A DNA stretch of 59,421 nt from an uncultured Calditrichaceae bacterium (GTDB taxonomy: Bacteria; Calditrichota; Calditrichia; Calditrichales; Calditrichaceae). Location: contig CAYRJN010000001.1 in the NCBI GenBank assembly GCA_964424545.1, positions 1-59,421 on the forward strand, given 5' to 3'. Shown here in pieces: positions 1 to 7,506 of the stretch (positions within the stretch are counted from its first letter, which is position 1; every line of letters begins with the position of its first letter). The translations under genes and the position numbers were made by a program. A model generated the notes under the pieces. The model worked only from the letters and a program-made list of their open reading frames with translations. It did no database searches and was not told where the DNA came from.

Positions 1-236
1 GTTGTCCGGTTTTCATTATTCATTAATTCCGATATTTATCACAACCCCCTTACCCTTTTTATAAAGGGAGATTTATTGTTTCTGTTTTGCAAGATAGATT
101 GAATAAGCGTAAACATTGAAATCCCGATACAATTAATTAAGCGTGTGGAATATTAATCATTAAAAGAATTCGGATCAAATTTGTTATTGTGACGAGTCCG
201 TCTGTGCGGATAGAGGGGGTATTATTTCTCAATGCT

Positions 237-272
237 GTCATTCCGACGATCCCGTTTAGGCGGAAAAGGAGG
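237..272 (+). repeat. short palindromic intergenic repeat module (GTCATTCC head class)
   Basis: Sequence is gtcattccgacgatcccgtttaggcggaaaaggagg. It shares the 10-nt core gacgatcccg and a ggagaaggag-like tail with 1791-1823. The GTCATTC head recurs in at least 10 other intergenic modules. Confidence 0.6.
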
Positions 273-347
273 CGTTTAAAACCGTTATACCAAAATAATT
301 TCTCTTAATTTGTTTTTATTATAATCGCATTTATTCGTAAATTGTGA

Positions 348-1724
348 ATGAGAATTTTAAAAAGGCCTGCAATTTTGCTAATAAAATCTGATAAAATCGT
401 AATAAAATATATGGCGGTCTCCGGTATCGATGGTATTAACGGTAGTATTCACTATCTTGACGCGGGCGGCGGACGCGTTATTTTTGACGCCGGCCTGAAT
501 ACGCAGTCTCCAAGCGAGAGTATTGACAAAATTAGGCGTATACCGCGTTCGCCGCATGCTGTTTTTATTACTCATGCGCACATGGATCATGTGGGCGCTC
601 TGCCGGAAATAATCCGACAATTTCCTTCCATGCGCGTATATATGACCTATCCCACCGTAGTTCTTTCGGAGATTATGTTAGTTCATAGCTTGATATTGCG
701 GCAAAAACGAGCGTTTACGGAGGAAGATAAACCGGCCTACACCATTGACGACCTTGAATTGTTATTTTATCTTTTTCAGGCGCAAGACTATAAAAAGAAT
801 TTTAAAATTCATCGCACGCCCCCTTTGCCGCTTAATTTTAGCTTTTGGGATGCGGGACACATTCTCGGTTCGGCGGGCGTTATGATGGAACGAAGCGGCA
901 AGAAAATTTTTTACAGCGGTAATTTCCGTTTATCCGATCAAACCATTCTGCGCGGCGCTGATTTTCCTAAAACAACCGTCGATTTATTAATTATGGAAGC
1001 TACCTATGGCGCCGATCAACAATCTTACGACTATCAAAAAGAGAGTAAACGGCTTGCCGAATTTATCGAACAGCGTTTGAGGTTCGGCGGAGTTGTCCTA
1101 CTGCCTGTTTTTTCGCTCGGCCGCACGCAGGAACTGTTAATGAATATTGCCATGATGCGCCGTAGGGGGCAAATTCCAGCCACATCGATTTTTATTACCG
1201 GTATGGGGACCAAGATAACCAAAATTTACGATCGCCTTATGCACAAATATGACCGTAAATACCCTGAGATAAAATTACGACCGTTAGCCAAGCATTTGAT
1301 GAGACACAGAAAAATAAAAGGGCCTGCTATTGTGCTGGCTACGTCAGGGATGATGCTGCCCCAGACTTATTCCAATGATTTAGCGCAGGATTTTATTAAA
1401 GATCCAAAAAACGGAATTGCTTTTGTCGGCTATGTTTCTCCCGAATCGCCGGGTTATGCGCTCCGGGAAAAAGCGCTCGCTCAATCGCATGGAAATTATT
1501 CGCTCGATTTTGGACGCTGTGCGCTGGAATCCTTTAATTTTTCGGCTCATGCTGACTCAGCCGAACTGATGCGTCTGGTAGGGGTGATGCGGCCGCGAAA
1601 ACTAATTTTATGTCATGGTGAAACGCAGGCCTATGAAATGCTAAAAGAAAATATTGTACGGGAATTTCCCGATGTGGAAATATTAATTCCGCAAGAGGGA
1701 AAGCTCTATGAGATTGAGCTGTAA
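348..1724 (+). CDS. metallo-beta-lactamase fold, beta-CASP family ribonuclease-like hydrolase
   Basis: ORF track. HxHxDH motif THAHMDHVGA, later His in WDAGHILGSAG, and beta-CASP-like motifs FSLGRTQELL, NFSAHAD and ILCHGE. The true start is probably ATG 411 (MAVSGIDG...). Confidence 0.8.
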   Translation: MRILKRPAILLIKSDKIVIKYMAVSGIDGINGSIHYLDAGGGRVIFDAGLNTQSPSESIDKIRRIPRSPHAVFITHAHMDHVGALPEIIRQFPSMRVYMTYPTVVLSEIMLVHSLILRQKRAFTEEDKPAYTIDDLELLFYLFQAQDYKKNFKIHRTPPLPLNFSFWDAGHILGSAGVMMERSGKKIFYSGNFRLSDQTILRGADFPKTTVDLLIMEATYGADQQSYDYQKESKRLAEFIEQRLRFGGVVLLPVFSLGRTQELLMNIAMMRRRGQIPATSIFITGMGTKITKIYDRLMHKYDRKYPEIKLRPLAKHLMRHRKIKGPAIVLATSGMMLPQTYSNDLAQDFIKDPKNGIAFVGYVSPESPGYALREKALAQSHGNYSLDFGRCALESFNFSAHADSAELMRLVGVMRPRKLILCHGETQAYEMLKENIVREFPDVEILIPQEGKLYEIEL

Positions 1725-1790
1725 TTGCGGACTCCTTTCACTCCCAAAGCAACAAAGCAGCGAGTAAAATACTCTTCAATTTATCCTTTG

Positions 1791-1823
1791 GACGATCCCG
1801 CCTGAGAAGGAGAAGGAGAAATC
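1791..1823 (+). repeat. short intergenic repeat module related to 237-272
   Basis: Sequence is gacgatcccgcctgagaaggagaaggagaaatc. It shares 10 identical nt (gacgatcccg) plus a purine-rich tail ending in aatc with 237-272. Confidence 0.5.
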
Positions 1824-1929
1824 TGTCTATCGGCTGTTTTTCTGCTCGCATATAAAGCAATATAATGGTTAATTATCCGCTTTTTTTAGCCCGCGGCACG
1901 ACAAATTTTTTTTTAAATCTCAAAGAATC

Positions 1930-1958
1930 TTGACAATGGACGGATGTATTATTAAATT
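1930..1958 (+). promoter_or_regulatory. candidate sigma70-like promoter for tRNA-Gln
   Basis: TTGACA at 1930-1935, a 17-nt spacer, then TAAATT at 1953-1958, 21 nt upstream of the tRNA. Promoter consensus in this lineage is unknown. Confidence 0.3.
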
Positions 1959-1978
1959 CAGAAACTTTTTAAAAATAC

Positions 1979-2050
1979 TGGGGTGTGGCCAAGTGGTAAG
2001 GCACCGGGTTTTGGTCTCGTGATTCGGGGGTTCGAATCCTCCCACCCCAG
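1979..2050 (+). tRNA. tRNA-Gln (anticodon TTG)
   Basis: Hand-folded cloverleaf. Acceptor TGGGGTG/CACCCCA; D arm GCCAAGTGGTAAGGC; anticodon stem CCGGG/CTCGT (one mismatch) with loop TTTTGGT; T arm GGGGG-TTCGAAT-CCTCC; discriminator G. CCA is not encoded. Overall very like E. coli tRNA-Gln as recalled. Confidence 0.9.
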
Positions 2051-2110
2051 CATTTTTTCACTTGTTTATATTAAGAATTTTAATAATTATCGTTTAGGAG
2101 TATCAAAATA

Positions 2111-2758
2111 ATGGATTCTGTTCTAATTGCAGAAAAAAGAGACGAAAAAGGGAAAGCGGCGGTTCGTCGTTTGAGAAGAGCCGGCAAGGTGCCGGTGGTT
2201 ATATACGGCGAAGATATTGATCCTCAGCCTCTTTCGATAGATTCTCATGACCTGGAAATGTTAATTCGTAAAGACGTTTCGGTTATTACGCTTAAAATCG
2301 GCGGTAAAGATCAGGATGCTATTATCCGCGAAGTACAATATCATCCTGTTAAAGATAATATAATCCATGTGGATTTTTTAACCCTGCAGAAGGGGCATAA
2401 GGTTGAAATGACCGTGCCTATCCACTTTGAAGGCGAGCCTAAAGGTGTTAAGCTCGGCGGCAATTTCTCTATTTTAAAACATGAAGTAAATATTTCGGTG
2501 TTGCCGAAAGACATTCCTGATTTCATTAAAGTTGACGTAAGCGATCTAGATGTCGGCGATTCTATCCGAATTAGCGATTTATCCGCTGAGGATGTGGAAT
2601 TTTTGGACGGCGAAGAAGAAACGGTATGTCATGTTGTTGCTCCTAAGGCTGTAGTTGAGGAAGAAACGGCCGAAGGCGAAGAAGAATTGCTTGGAGCAGA
2701 AGAAGAAAGCGCCGAGCCGGAAGTTATTACAGCCCGTAAGGATGAATCGGAAGAATAA
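2111..2758 (+). CDS. rplY: 50S ribosomal protein bL25 / general stress protein Ctc
   Basis: N-terminus RLRRAGKVPVVIYG and HVDF are typical of the Ctc-form of L25. Long acidic C-terminal tail. Sits upstream of pth as in many bacteria. SD-like taggag upstream. Confidence 0.9.
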   Translation: MDSVLIAEKRDEKGKAAVRRLRRAGKVPVVIYGEDIDPQPLSIDSHDLEMLIRKDVSVITLKIGGKDQDAIIREVQYHPVKDNIIHVDFLTLQKGHKVEMTVPIHFEGEPKGVKLGGNFSILKHEVNISVLPKDIPDFIKVDVSDLDVGDSIRISDLSAEDVEFLDGEEETVCHVVAPKAVVEEETAEGEEELLGAEEESAEPEVITARKDESEE

Positions 2759-2775
2759 AAATTGGGAATGGTTAT

Positions 2776-3342
2776 TTGCGGGTAATTATCGGGCTTGGTA
2801 ATCCGGGTAGATCATACCATCTAACCAGACATAACGTTGGATTTCTTCTATTAGATTACATAGCGGGAGACTATAAAATCCCCTTTCGCCCAGGCAAAGG
2901 GGATTACTATTATTGCGACCTTCGTATATCCGGCGAACGGGTGGCGCTGGTAAAGCCCACAACGTATATGAATAACAGCGGTCTGGCTGTTAAGCAGTTC
3001 CTTAATTATTATAAAATCGATTTAGCCGATTGTTTAATTGTTTACGATGATTATCATTTGCCTCTCGGCACCTTAAGATTCAGACGCAGCGGCTCGGCGG
3101 GGGGGCATAACGGAATTAAATCAATAATCGCTCATCTCGGCACACAGGATTTCGATCGTTTGCGAATAGGTATTGGGGATCAGTTTAAGGATTCCGTCAG
3201 TTTCGTTTTGTCAAAATTTTCAAAAAAAGAGTTGTCGGTTTTAGAAGAGGTGATTCCGGAAGCATATAACGGCGTCAAGCTTTGGCTCAAGTCAGGGATT
3301 GACAGCGCGATGAATGAATATAATCGTTCGTTTAACCAGTAA
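2776..3342 (+). CDS. pth: peptidyl-tRNA hydrolase
   Basis: TTG start giving MRVIIGLGNPG; also TRHNVGF, MNNSG and GGHNGIKS, the canonical Pth motifs. Confidence 0.92.
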   Translation: MRVIIGLGNPGRSYHLTRHNVGFLLLDYIAGDYKIPFRPGKGDYYYCDLRISGERVALVKPTTYMNNSGLAVKQFLNYYKIDLADCLIVYDDYHLPLGTLRFRRSGSAGGHNGIKSIIAHLGTQDFDRLRIGIGDQFKDSVSFVLSKFSKKELSVLEEVIPEAYNGVKLWLKSGIDSAMNEYNRSFNQ

Positions 3343-3371
3343 TTCACTAATATAATGGATGGGGTAAAAAT

Positions 3372-5429
3372 ATGGAAAGCATGGTTTTGTATGTCGGCAT
3401 CGGCAGCGGCGCTTTGGCCTTATTGTTTGCATTATGGCGCAGTTCATGGGTAAACAAGCAGGATGCGGGTACGGATAAAATGAAGGAAATCGGTCAGGCT
3501 GTTCGTGAAGGTGCCATGGCCTTTCTTTCGCGTGAATATAAAGTTTTGGCGATATTTGTCGTCGCCGTAGCGGCCTTGTTGGTAATCGGCAATGAAGGCA
3601 ATATAAAATTGGTGGCGCTTTCATTTGTTTCGGGCGCAATTTGTTCCGGATTGGCCGGTTATTTCGGTATGCGCGTGGCTACCAACGCTAATATGCGCAC
3701 AACCAACGCCGCCCGTAAGGGGTTGGCGGAGGCTTTGCAGGTGGCGTTTTCCGGCGGCTCGGTTATGGGAATGAGCGTTGTCGGACTCGGTTTGCTTGGC
3801 GTTTCATTGTTATTGCTTATCTATACGGCCGGTATGGGAATGGGCACCGATATCGTTTCATTAAGAGGAACGGTTTTGCCGATTATTAACGGGTTTGCCA
3901 TGGGCGCTTCGTCTATTGCGCTGTTTGCCCGTGTGGGCGGCGGTATTTATACCAAAGCGGCGGACGTGGGCGCCGATCTCGTGGGAAAAGTTGAAGCGGG
4001 CATTCCGGAAGACGATCCGCGCAATCCGGCGACCATCGCCGATAACGTCGGCGATAATGTGGGAGACGTTGCGGGAATGGGCGCCGATCTTTTTGAGTCT
4101 TATATGGGTTCCATTATCGGCTCTATGGTGCTTGGAGCGGCCGCCGCGTCGGTTGAGCTGGTATTTTTGCCGATTATTATTGCCGCGGTTGGTATTATTG
4201 TGTCCATTATCGGGACATTCTTTGTAAAAACAAAAGAGGGCGGCAATCCCCAGACAGCTTTAAATATCGGTACTTTCGGAGCGGGCGCCATCATGGCCGT
4301 TTTAACCTATCCGATCGTTATGAATTATGCGCCGGCTACTTATACTTTATTTGGCACAACCTACTCTGCGGCCGGGATATTTTGGGCAACCATTGCCGGT
4401 TTAGTGTCGGGCATTGCCATTGGTATGCTTACGGAATATTATACGGCGGAAAACAAAAGTCCGGCGCAGAAAATTGCCAAGGCATCGGAAACAGGCGCGG
4501 CGACCAATATCATCGCCGGATTGGGAACGGGCATGATGTCCACCGCTTTGCCGGTTATTTTTATTGCGGCGGCGATCTTGGTTTCATATAATTTTGCCGG
4601 TTTGTACGGCATTGCCATTGCGGCGTTGGGAATGTTGGCCACTACGGGTATACAGCTTGCCGTTGACGCTTACGGCCCCATAGCCGATAACGCCGGCGGT
4701 TTGGCGGAAATGGCCGAGCTTCCGCCGGAAGTGCGTAAAAGAACGGATAAACTCGACGCGGTCGGTAATACAACAGCGGCCATCGGCAAAGGTTTTGCCA
4801 TCGGCTCCGCGGCCTTAACGGCTCTTGCTTTGTTTGCCGCATTTAGAACAACCGTTGGTATTGAATCGATAGATGTAACCAAACCCACCGTAATGGCTGG
4901 CTTATTTCTTGGCGCCATGATGCCCTTTTTATTCTCATCATTTGCCATGGGCGCAGTGGGTCGCGCTGCTTTTGCCATGATCGAAGAAGTGCGCAGACAA
5001 TTTAAAGATATTCCCGGTTTGCTTGAAGGAAAAGAAGGCGTTAAAGCCGAATATGCCAAATGTGTGGATATTTCTACGGGAGCGGCTATAAGGGAGATGA
5101 TTGTTCCCGGTTTGCTTGCCGTTTTGACGCCGGTTGTAGTCGGTTTTCTCGGCGGCCCCGAGATGCTCGGCGGTGTTTTGGCGGGCGTAACGGTTTCCGG
5201 CGTTATGATGGCGCTTTTTATGGCCAATGCCGGCGGCGCTTGGGATAACGCTAAAAAATTTATTGAAGGTGGCAATCTCGGCGGCAAAGGTTCCGATGCT
5301 CATAAAGCGGCGGTTGTCGGCGATACGGTAGGCGATCCTTTTAAGGATACGGCCGGCCCGTCTTTGAATATTTTGATCAAATTAATGTCGGTGGTTTCCT
5401 TGGTGTTAGCCCCGCTGTTGATTAAATAA
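3372..5429 (+). CDS. hppA: membrane-integral K+-dependent pyrophosphate-energised cation pump (M-PPase)
   Basis: Motifs [51 protein letters not shown] and DTVGDPFKD. Many TM segments. Antisense and off-frame ORFs in the track within this gene are spurious. Confidence 0.95.
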   Translation: MESMVLYVGIGSGALALLFALWRSSWVNKQDAGTDKMKEIGQAVREGAMAFLSREYKVLAIFVVAVAALLVIGNEGNIKLVALSFVSGAICSGLAGYFGMRVATNANMRTTNAARKGLAEALQVAFSGGSVMGMSVVGLGLLGVSLLLLIYTAGMGMGTDIVSLRGTVLPIINGFAMGASSIALFARVGGGIYTKAADVGADLVGKVEAGIPEDDPRNPATIADNVGDNVGDVAGMGADLFESYMGSIIGSMVLGAAAASVELVFLPIIIAAVGIIVSIIGTFFVKTKEGGNPQTALNIGTFGAGAIMAVLTYPIVMNYAPATYTLFGTTYSAAGIFWATIAGLVSGIAIGMLTEYYTAENKSPAQKIAKASETGAATNIIAGLGTGMMSTALPVIFIAAAILVSYNFAGLYGIAIAALGMLATTGIQLAVDAYGPIADNAGGLAEMAELPPEVRKRTDKLDAVGNTTAAIGKGFAIGSAALTALALFAAFRTTVGIESIDVTKPTVMAGLFLGAMMPFLFSSFAMGAVGRAAFAMIEEVRRQFKDIPGLLEGKEGVKAEYAKCVDISTGAAIREMIVPGLLAVLTPVVVGFLGGPEMLGGVLAGVTVSGVMMALFMANAGGAWDNAKKFIEGGNLGGKGSDAHKAAVVGDTVGDPFKDTAGPSLNILIKLMSVVSLVLAPLLIK

Positions 5430-5565
5430 TGACGTGGCGATAAATTTTTGGAAATAATTTGGAGCATAGTTTGTAAATTAATTAATGATAATAATAGCGC
5501 GCGACGTGGAGCCCCCGTTGTCCGCTTTAACGGGACAATATAAATGCGGATAATGGTAAGATTTA

Positions 5566-5599
5566 GATTCCCGTCTCGTCTATACGGGATCGGGATGAC
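5566..5599 (-). repeat. GTCATyC...GGGAATC palindromic module (family with 7213-7246 and 54736-54767)
   Basis: The reverse complement gtcatcccgatcccgtatagacgagacgggaatc matches 7213-7246 at 25 of 34 positions by hand alignment. Confidence 0.7.
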
Positions 5600-5600
5600 C

Positions 5601-5626
5601 TGCGGGTGTGATTACGGGGATGAAGG
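5601..5626 (-). repeat. short repeat module related to 7187-7211
   Basis: The reverse complement ccttcatccccgtaatcacacccgca shares tcat..cc and the 10-nt run aatcacaccc with 7187-7211. Confidence 0.5.
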
Positions 5627-5802
5627 AAGAAAAGACCAGCGCCGTTATATTTCGATTAATCGGAGAAATTAAAATAGCGCCTATGTGAACTATGCTATTT
5701 TATGAAATTACGAAATTGAGAATAATATAAAAATAAATAAAATTTTCCGGAATCTGTTGTTTTTTTTGAAATTTGAAATTATTAATTAACTGAATAAATC
5801 CT

Positions 5803-5825
5803 ATTCCGTCAATAGATGACGGGAT
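5803..5825 (+). promoter_or_regulatory. stem-loop in the rpsF 5' leader (candidate S6:S18 autoregulatory element)
   Basis: attccgtca-atagа-tgacgggat forms a 9-bp stem (one G-U pair) with a 5-nt loop and ends 22 nt before the rpsF ATG. CCG/CGG-rich stem. Function is not demonstrated. Confidence 0.3.
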
Positions 5826-5847
5826 CGTAAAGTCCAAAGGAGGAAAG

Positions 5848-6297
5848 ATGGCTATTTACGAAACAATTTTTATCCTCGACAGCCTGATGCAGACCAAAGA
5901 GATCGATTCTGCAATCGAGCGTTTTTCCGAAATTCTTAAAAGCTCCGGCTGCAAGATTCGGAAAGAAGAGCGTTGGGGAAAACGCCGCCTGGCTTATGAA
6001 ATCCAAAAGAAGCAATACGGCTTCTACGGATCAATAGAGTTCGAGGGCGAAGGCGATGTGGTACGCGAATTGGAGAACGAGTATAACTTTAACGACAAAG
6101 TCCTGCGATATCTCACATATCGTTACGATAAAAGTAAGCTGAAAGTGATGGAAAAGGCCAAGGAAGATTCGCCGGTTAAAGAAGAAAAGCCGGCTGTGGA
6201 AAAACCGGTCGCTGCCGTTGTTGAAAAAGCCGAAGAACCGCCGGCGGAAAAAACCGAAAACGACGCGGTTGAAACGGAAGAAAAAAGTAAAGAATAA
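5848..6297 (+). CDS. rpsF: 30S ribosomal protein bS6 with long Lys/Glu/Pro-rich C-terminal extension
   Basis: MAIYETIFIL... and WGKRRLAYEI are canonical S6. Strong SD aaaggagg. About 50 aa of low-complexity tail. Confidence 0.93.
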   Translation: MAIYETIFILDSLMQTKEIDSAIERFSEILKSSGCKIRKEERWGKRRLAYEIQKKQYGFYGSIEFEGEGDVVRELENEYNFNDKVLRYLTYRYDKSKLKVMEKAKEDSPVKEEKPAVEKPVAAVVEKAEEPPAEKTENDAVETEEKSKE

Positions 6298-6325
6298 TTA
6301 AGACTTTTATCGAAAGGATATAAAA

Positions 6326-6553
6326 ATGTTAAAAGTAAGAAGAAAACGTGTTTGTCAATTTTGCGAAAAAGATATTGAATATATAGATTTTAAAGATGAT
6401 CGTCAGTTAGTTCGCTTTTTAACGGAACAGGGTAAAATCATTCCGCGGCATACATCCGGAACATGCGCGAAACATCAGCGGCAGTTAGCGCGAGCCGTTA
6501 AACGCGCGCGGCAAATTGCTATAATTCCATTTGTAACTGATTTTACCAGATAA
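6326..6553 (+). CDS. rpsR: 30S ribosomal protein bS18
   Basis: CQFCEKDIEYIDFKD, IIPRHTSG, CAKHQRQLARAVKRAR. Confidence 0.93.
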   Translation: MLKVRRKRVCQFCEKDIEYIDFKDDRQLVRFLTEQGKIIPRHTSGTCAKHQRQLARAVKRARQIAIIPFVTDFTR

Positions 6554-6577
6554 TTTTTAAACATAAAGGTGAATATT

Positions 6578-7021
6578 ATGGAGATCATATTACGCGAAGA
6601 TTATAAACAGCTCGGCAAAGCCGGTGAAACGGTTAAAGTTAAAGACGGATTTGCCAGAAATTACCTAATTCCGGCGGGAATTGCTTATCGCAATACCAAG
6701 GCGAATCGCAGATTGTATGAAAATGAAATACAACAGCAAACATGGCGTCAGTCGCGCGATAAAAAAGCGGCTGAAGAACTTGCTAAAAAATTGGAAACGG
6801 TTTCCTGTACGATTACCGTGCAGGTTGGAGAAGAGGATAAGTTGTTCGGTTCCGTTACTTCACAGAATATTGCCGATAATTTGAACGAACAGGGTTTGGC
6901 GATTGATAAACGGAAAATTGTACTTGACGAACCTATTAAATCTCTCGGTATCTATTCCGTACCGGTTAAACTCCATACGGACGTTGAGGGAACGGTTAAA
7001 GTTTGGGTTGTTAAAGAGTAA
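6578..7021 (+). CDS. rplI: 50S ribosomal protein bL9
   Basis: MEIILREDYKQLGKAGETVKVKDGFARNYLIP. The ATG at 6578, preceded by aaagg, is preferred over the GTG 6569 of the track. Confidence 0.92.
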   Translation: MEIILREDYKQLGKAGETVKVKDGFARNYLIPAGIAYRNTKANRRLYENEIQQQTWRQSRDKKAAEELAKKLETVSCTITVQVGEEDKLFGSVTSQNIADNLNEQGLAIDKRKIVLDEPIKSLGIYSVPVKLHTDVEGTVKVWVVKE

Positions 7022-7023
7022 TT

Positions 7024-7051
7024 AAAAAGCGGGCTTGTCCCGCTTTTTTTA
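7024..7051 (+). terminator. rho-independent terminator after rplI
   Basis: aaaaa-gcggg-cttgt-cccgc-ttttttt. Confidence 0.8.
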
Positions 7052-7134
7052 TAGTATCGGAATTTCAAATAACAACGTATTTCGGATATTTTCAATACAA
7101 TTTTTAGAATATTTTTTGTAAGCGCACAATTTTA

Positions 7135-7158
7135 GATTCCTTCTTTTGAATGAATGAC
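7135..7158 (-). repeat. GTCATTC-hairpin-GGAATC module (pair with 54788-54811)
   Basis: The reverse complement gtcattcattcaaaagaaggaatc matches gtcattccttcgaaaggaggaatc at 21 of 24 positions. Confidence 0.75.
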
Positions 7159-7186
7159 AAACGTTGAATTTTATTTTCCCAAGCCC

Positions 7187-7211
7187 GTCATTCCGCAATC
7201 ACACCCCAATC
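7187..7211 (+). repeat. GTCATTCC...AATC module
   Basis: Sequence is gtcattccgcaatcacaccccaatc, related to the reverse complement of 5601-5626. Confidence 0.55.
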
Positions 7212-7212
7212 T

Positions 7213-7246
7213 GTCATTCTCGTCCTGTATGGACGGGACGGGAAGC
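7213..7246 (+). repeat. GTCATTC...GGGAAGC palindromic module
   Basis: Sequence is gtcattctcgtcctgtatggacgggacgggaagc, with inner hairpin cgtcc-tgtat-ggacg. Homologous to 5566-5599 and 54736-54767 (both inverted). Confidence 0.7.
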
Positions 7247-7265
7247 TAAAATCTTTCCATTTGCT

Positions 7266-7298
7266 GAATTCAGATTCTCCCATTTATCGGAGAATGAC
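7266..7298 (-). repeat. GTCATTCTCCGAT...AATCTGAATTC module (pair with 45688-45720)
   Basis: The reverse complement gtcattctccgataaatgggagaatctgaattc matches 45688-45720 at 30 of 33 positions. Confidence 0.8.
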
Positions 7299-7412
7299 CT
7301 ATTCATTACGACCGCTATGGTCTTCATTATTCAATTTGTAACATTATGTTCCCAGTAGCATTTCCATTCTTCCGCTCATACTACGAAGGAATAAAAATTT
7401 AACGATATATTT

Positions 7413-7430
7413 ATGTTGTTTTTTGAAATT
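7413..7430 (+). repeat. conserved 17-18-nt motif TGTTRTTTTTTGAAATT
   Basis: Sequence is atgttgttttttgaaatt. The same motif occurs at 5755-5773, 45897-45913 and 54898-54914. It ends 77 nt before the preferred priA ATG. Confidence 0.6.
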
Positions 7431-7506
7431 AGCGCACAATAAAAAAGTGATATCTGTCCTCATTCTTTGTATATTTCGCCAGTATGAATTAATCAGGGGA
7501 AAAAAG

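Larger units (their letters stand above)
5470..5773 (+). repeat. about 300-bp composite intergenic repeat unit, copy A
   Basis: Collinear with 54636-54914. Shared head tttgtaaattaattaat, the gtccgNtttaacggga hairpin and the cccgtcNcgtctatacgg module. Shared tail cctatgtgaac...aaattacgaaattgagaataata (23 identical nt) ...aaaaataaataaaa... ttttttgaaatt. The central segment differs between copies. Confidence 0.8.

Noticed and set aside
1-16. A possible minus-strand gene start (reverse complement atgaaaaccggacaac = MKTGQ...) leaving the window at the 5' edge.
   Set aside because: Only five codons are visible, so it cannot be supported.
3895-5303. Many 60-205-aa ORFs in the track lie inside or antisense to hppA (for example 4670-5287 minus strand, 4938-5303 minus strand, 3895-4227 plus strand).
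   Set aside because: They lie entirely within a strongly supported 685-aa PPase gene. Their translations are low-complexity Ala/Pro/Arg-rich strings typical of off-frame readings of a GC-richer membrane-protein gene.
7164-7358. A 64-aa ORF in the rplI-priA spacer.
   Set aside because: It is assembled entirely from four palindromic repeat modules (7187-7298), has no SD and has no protein-like features.
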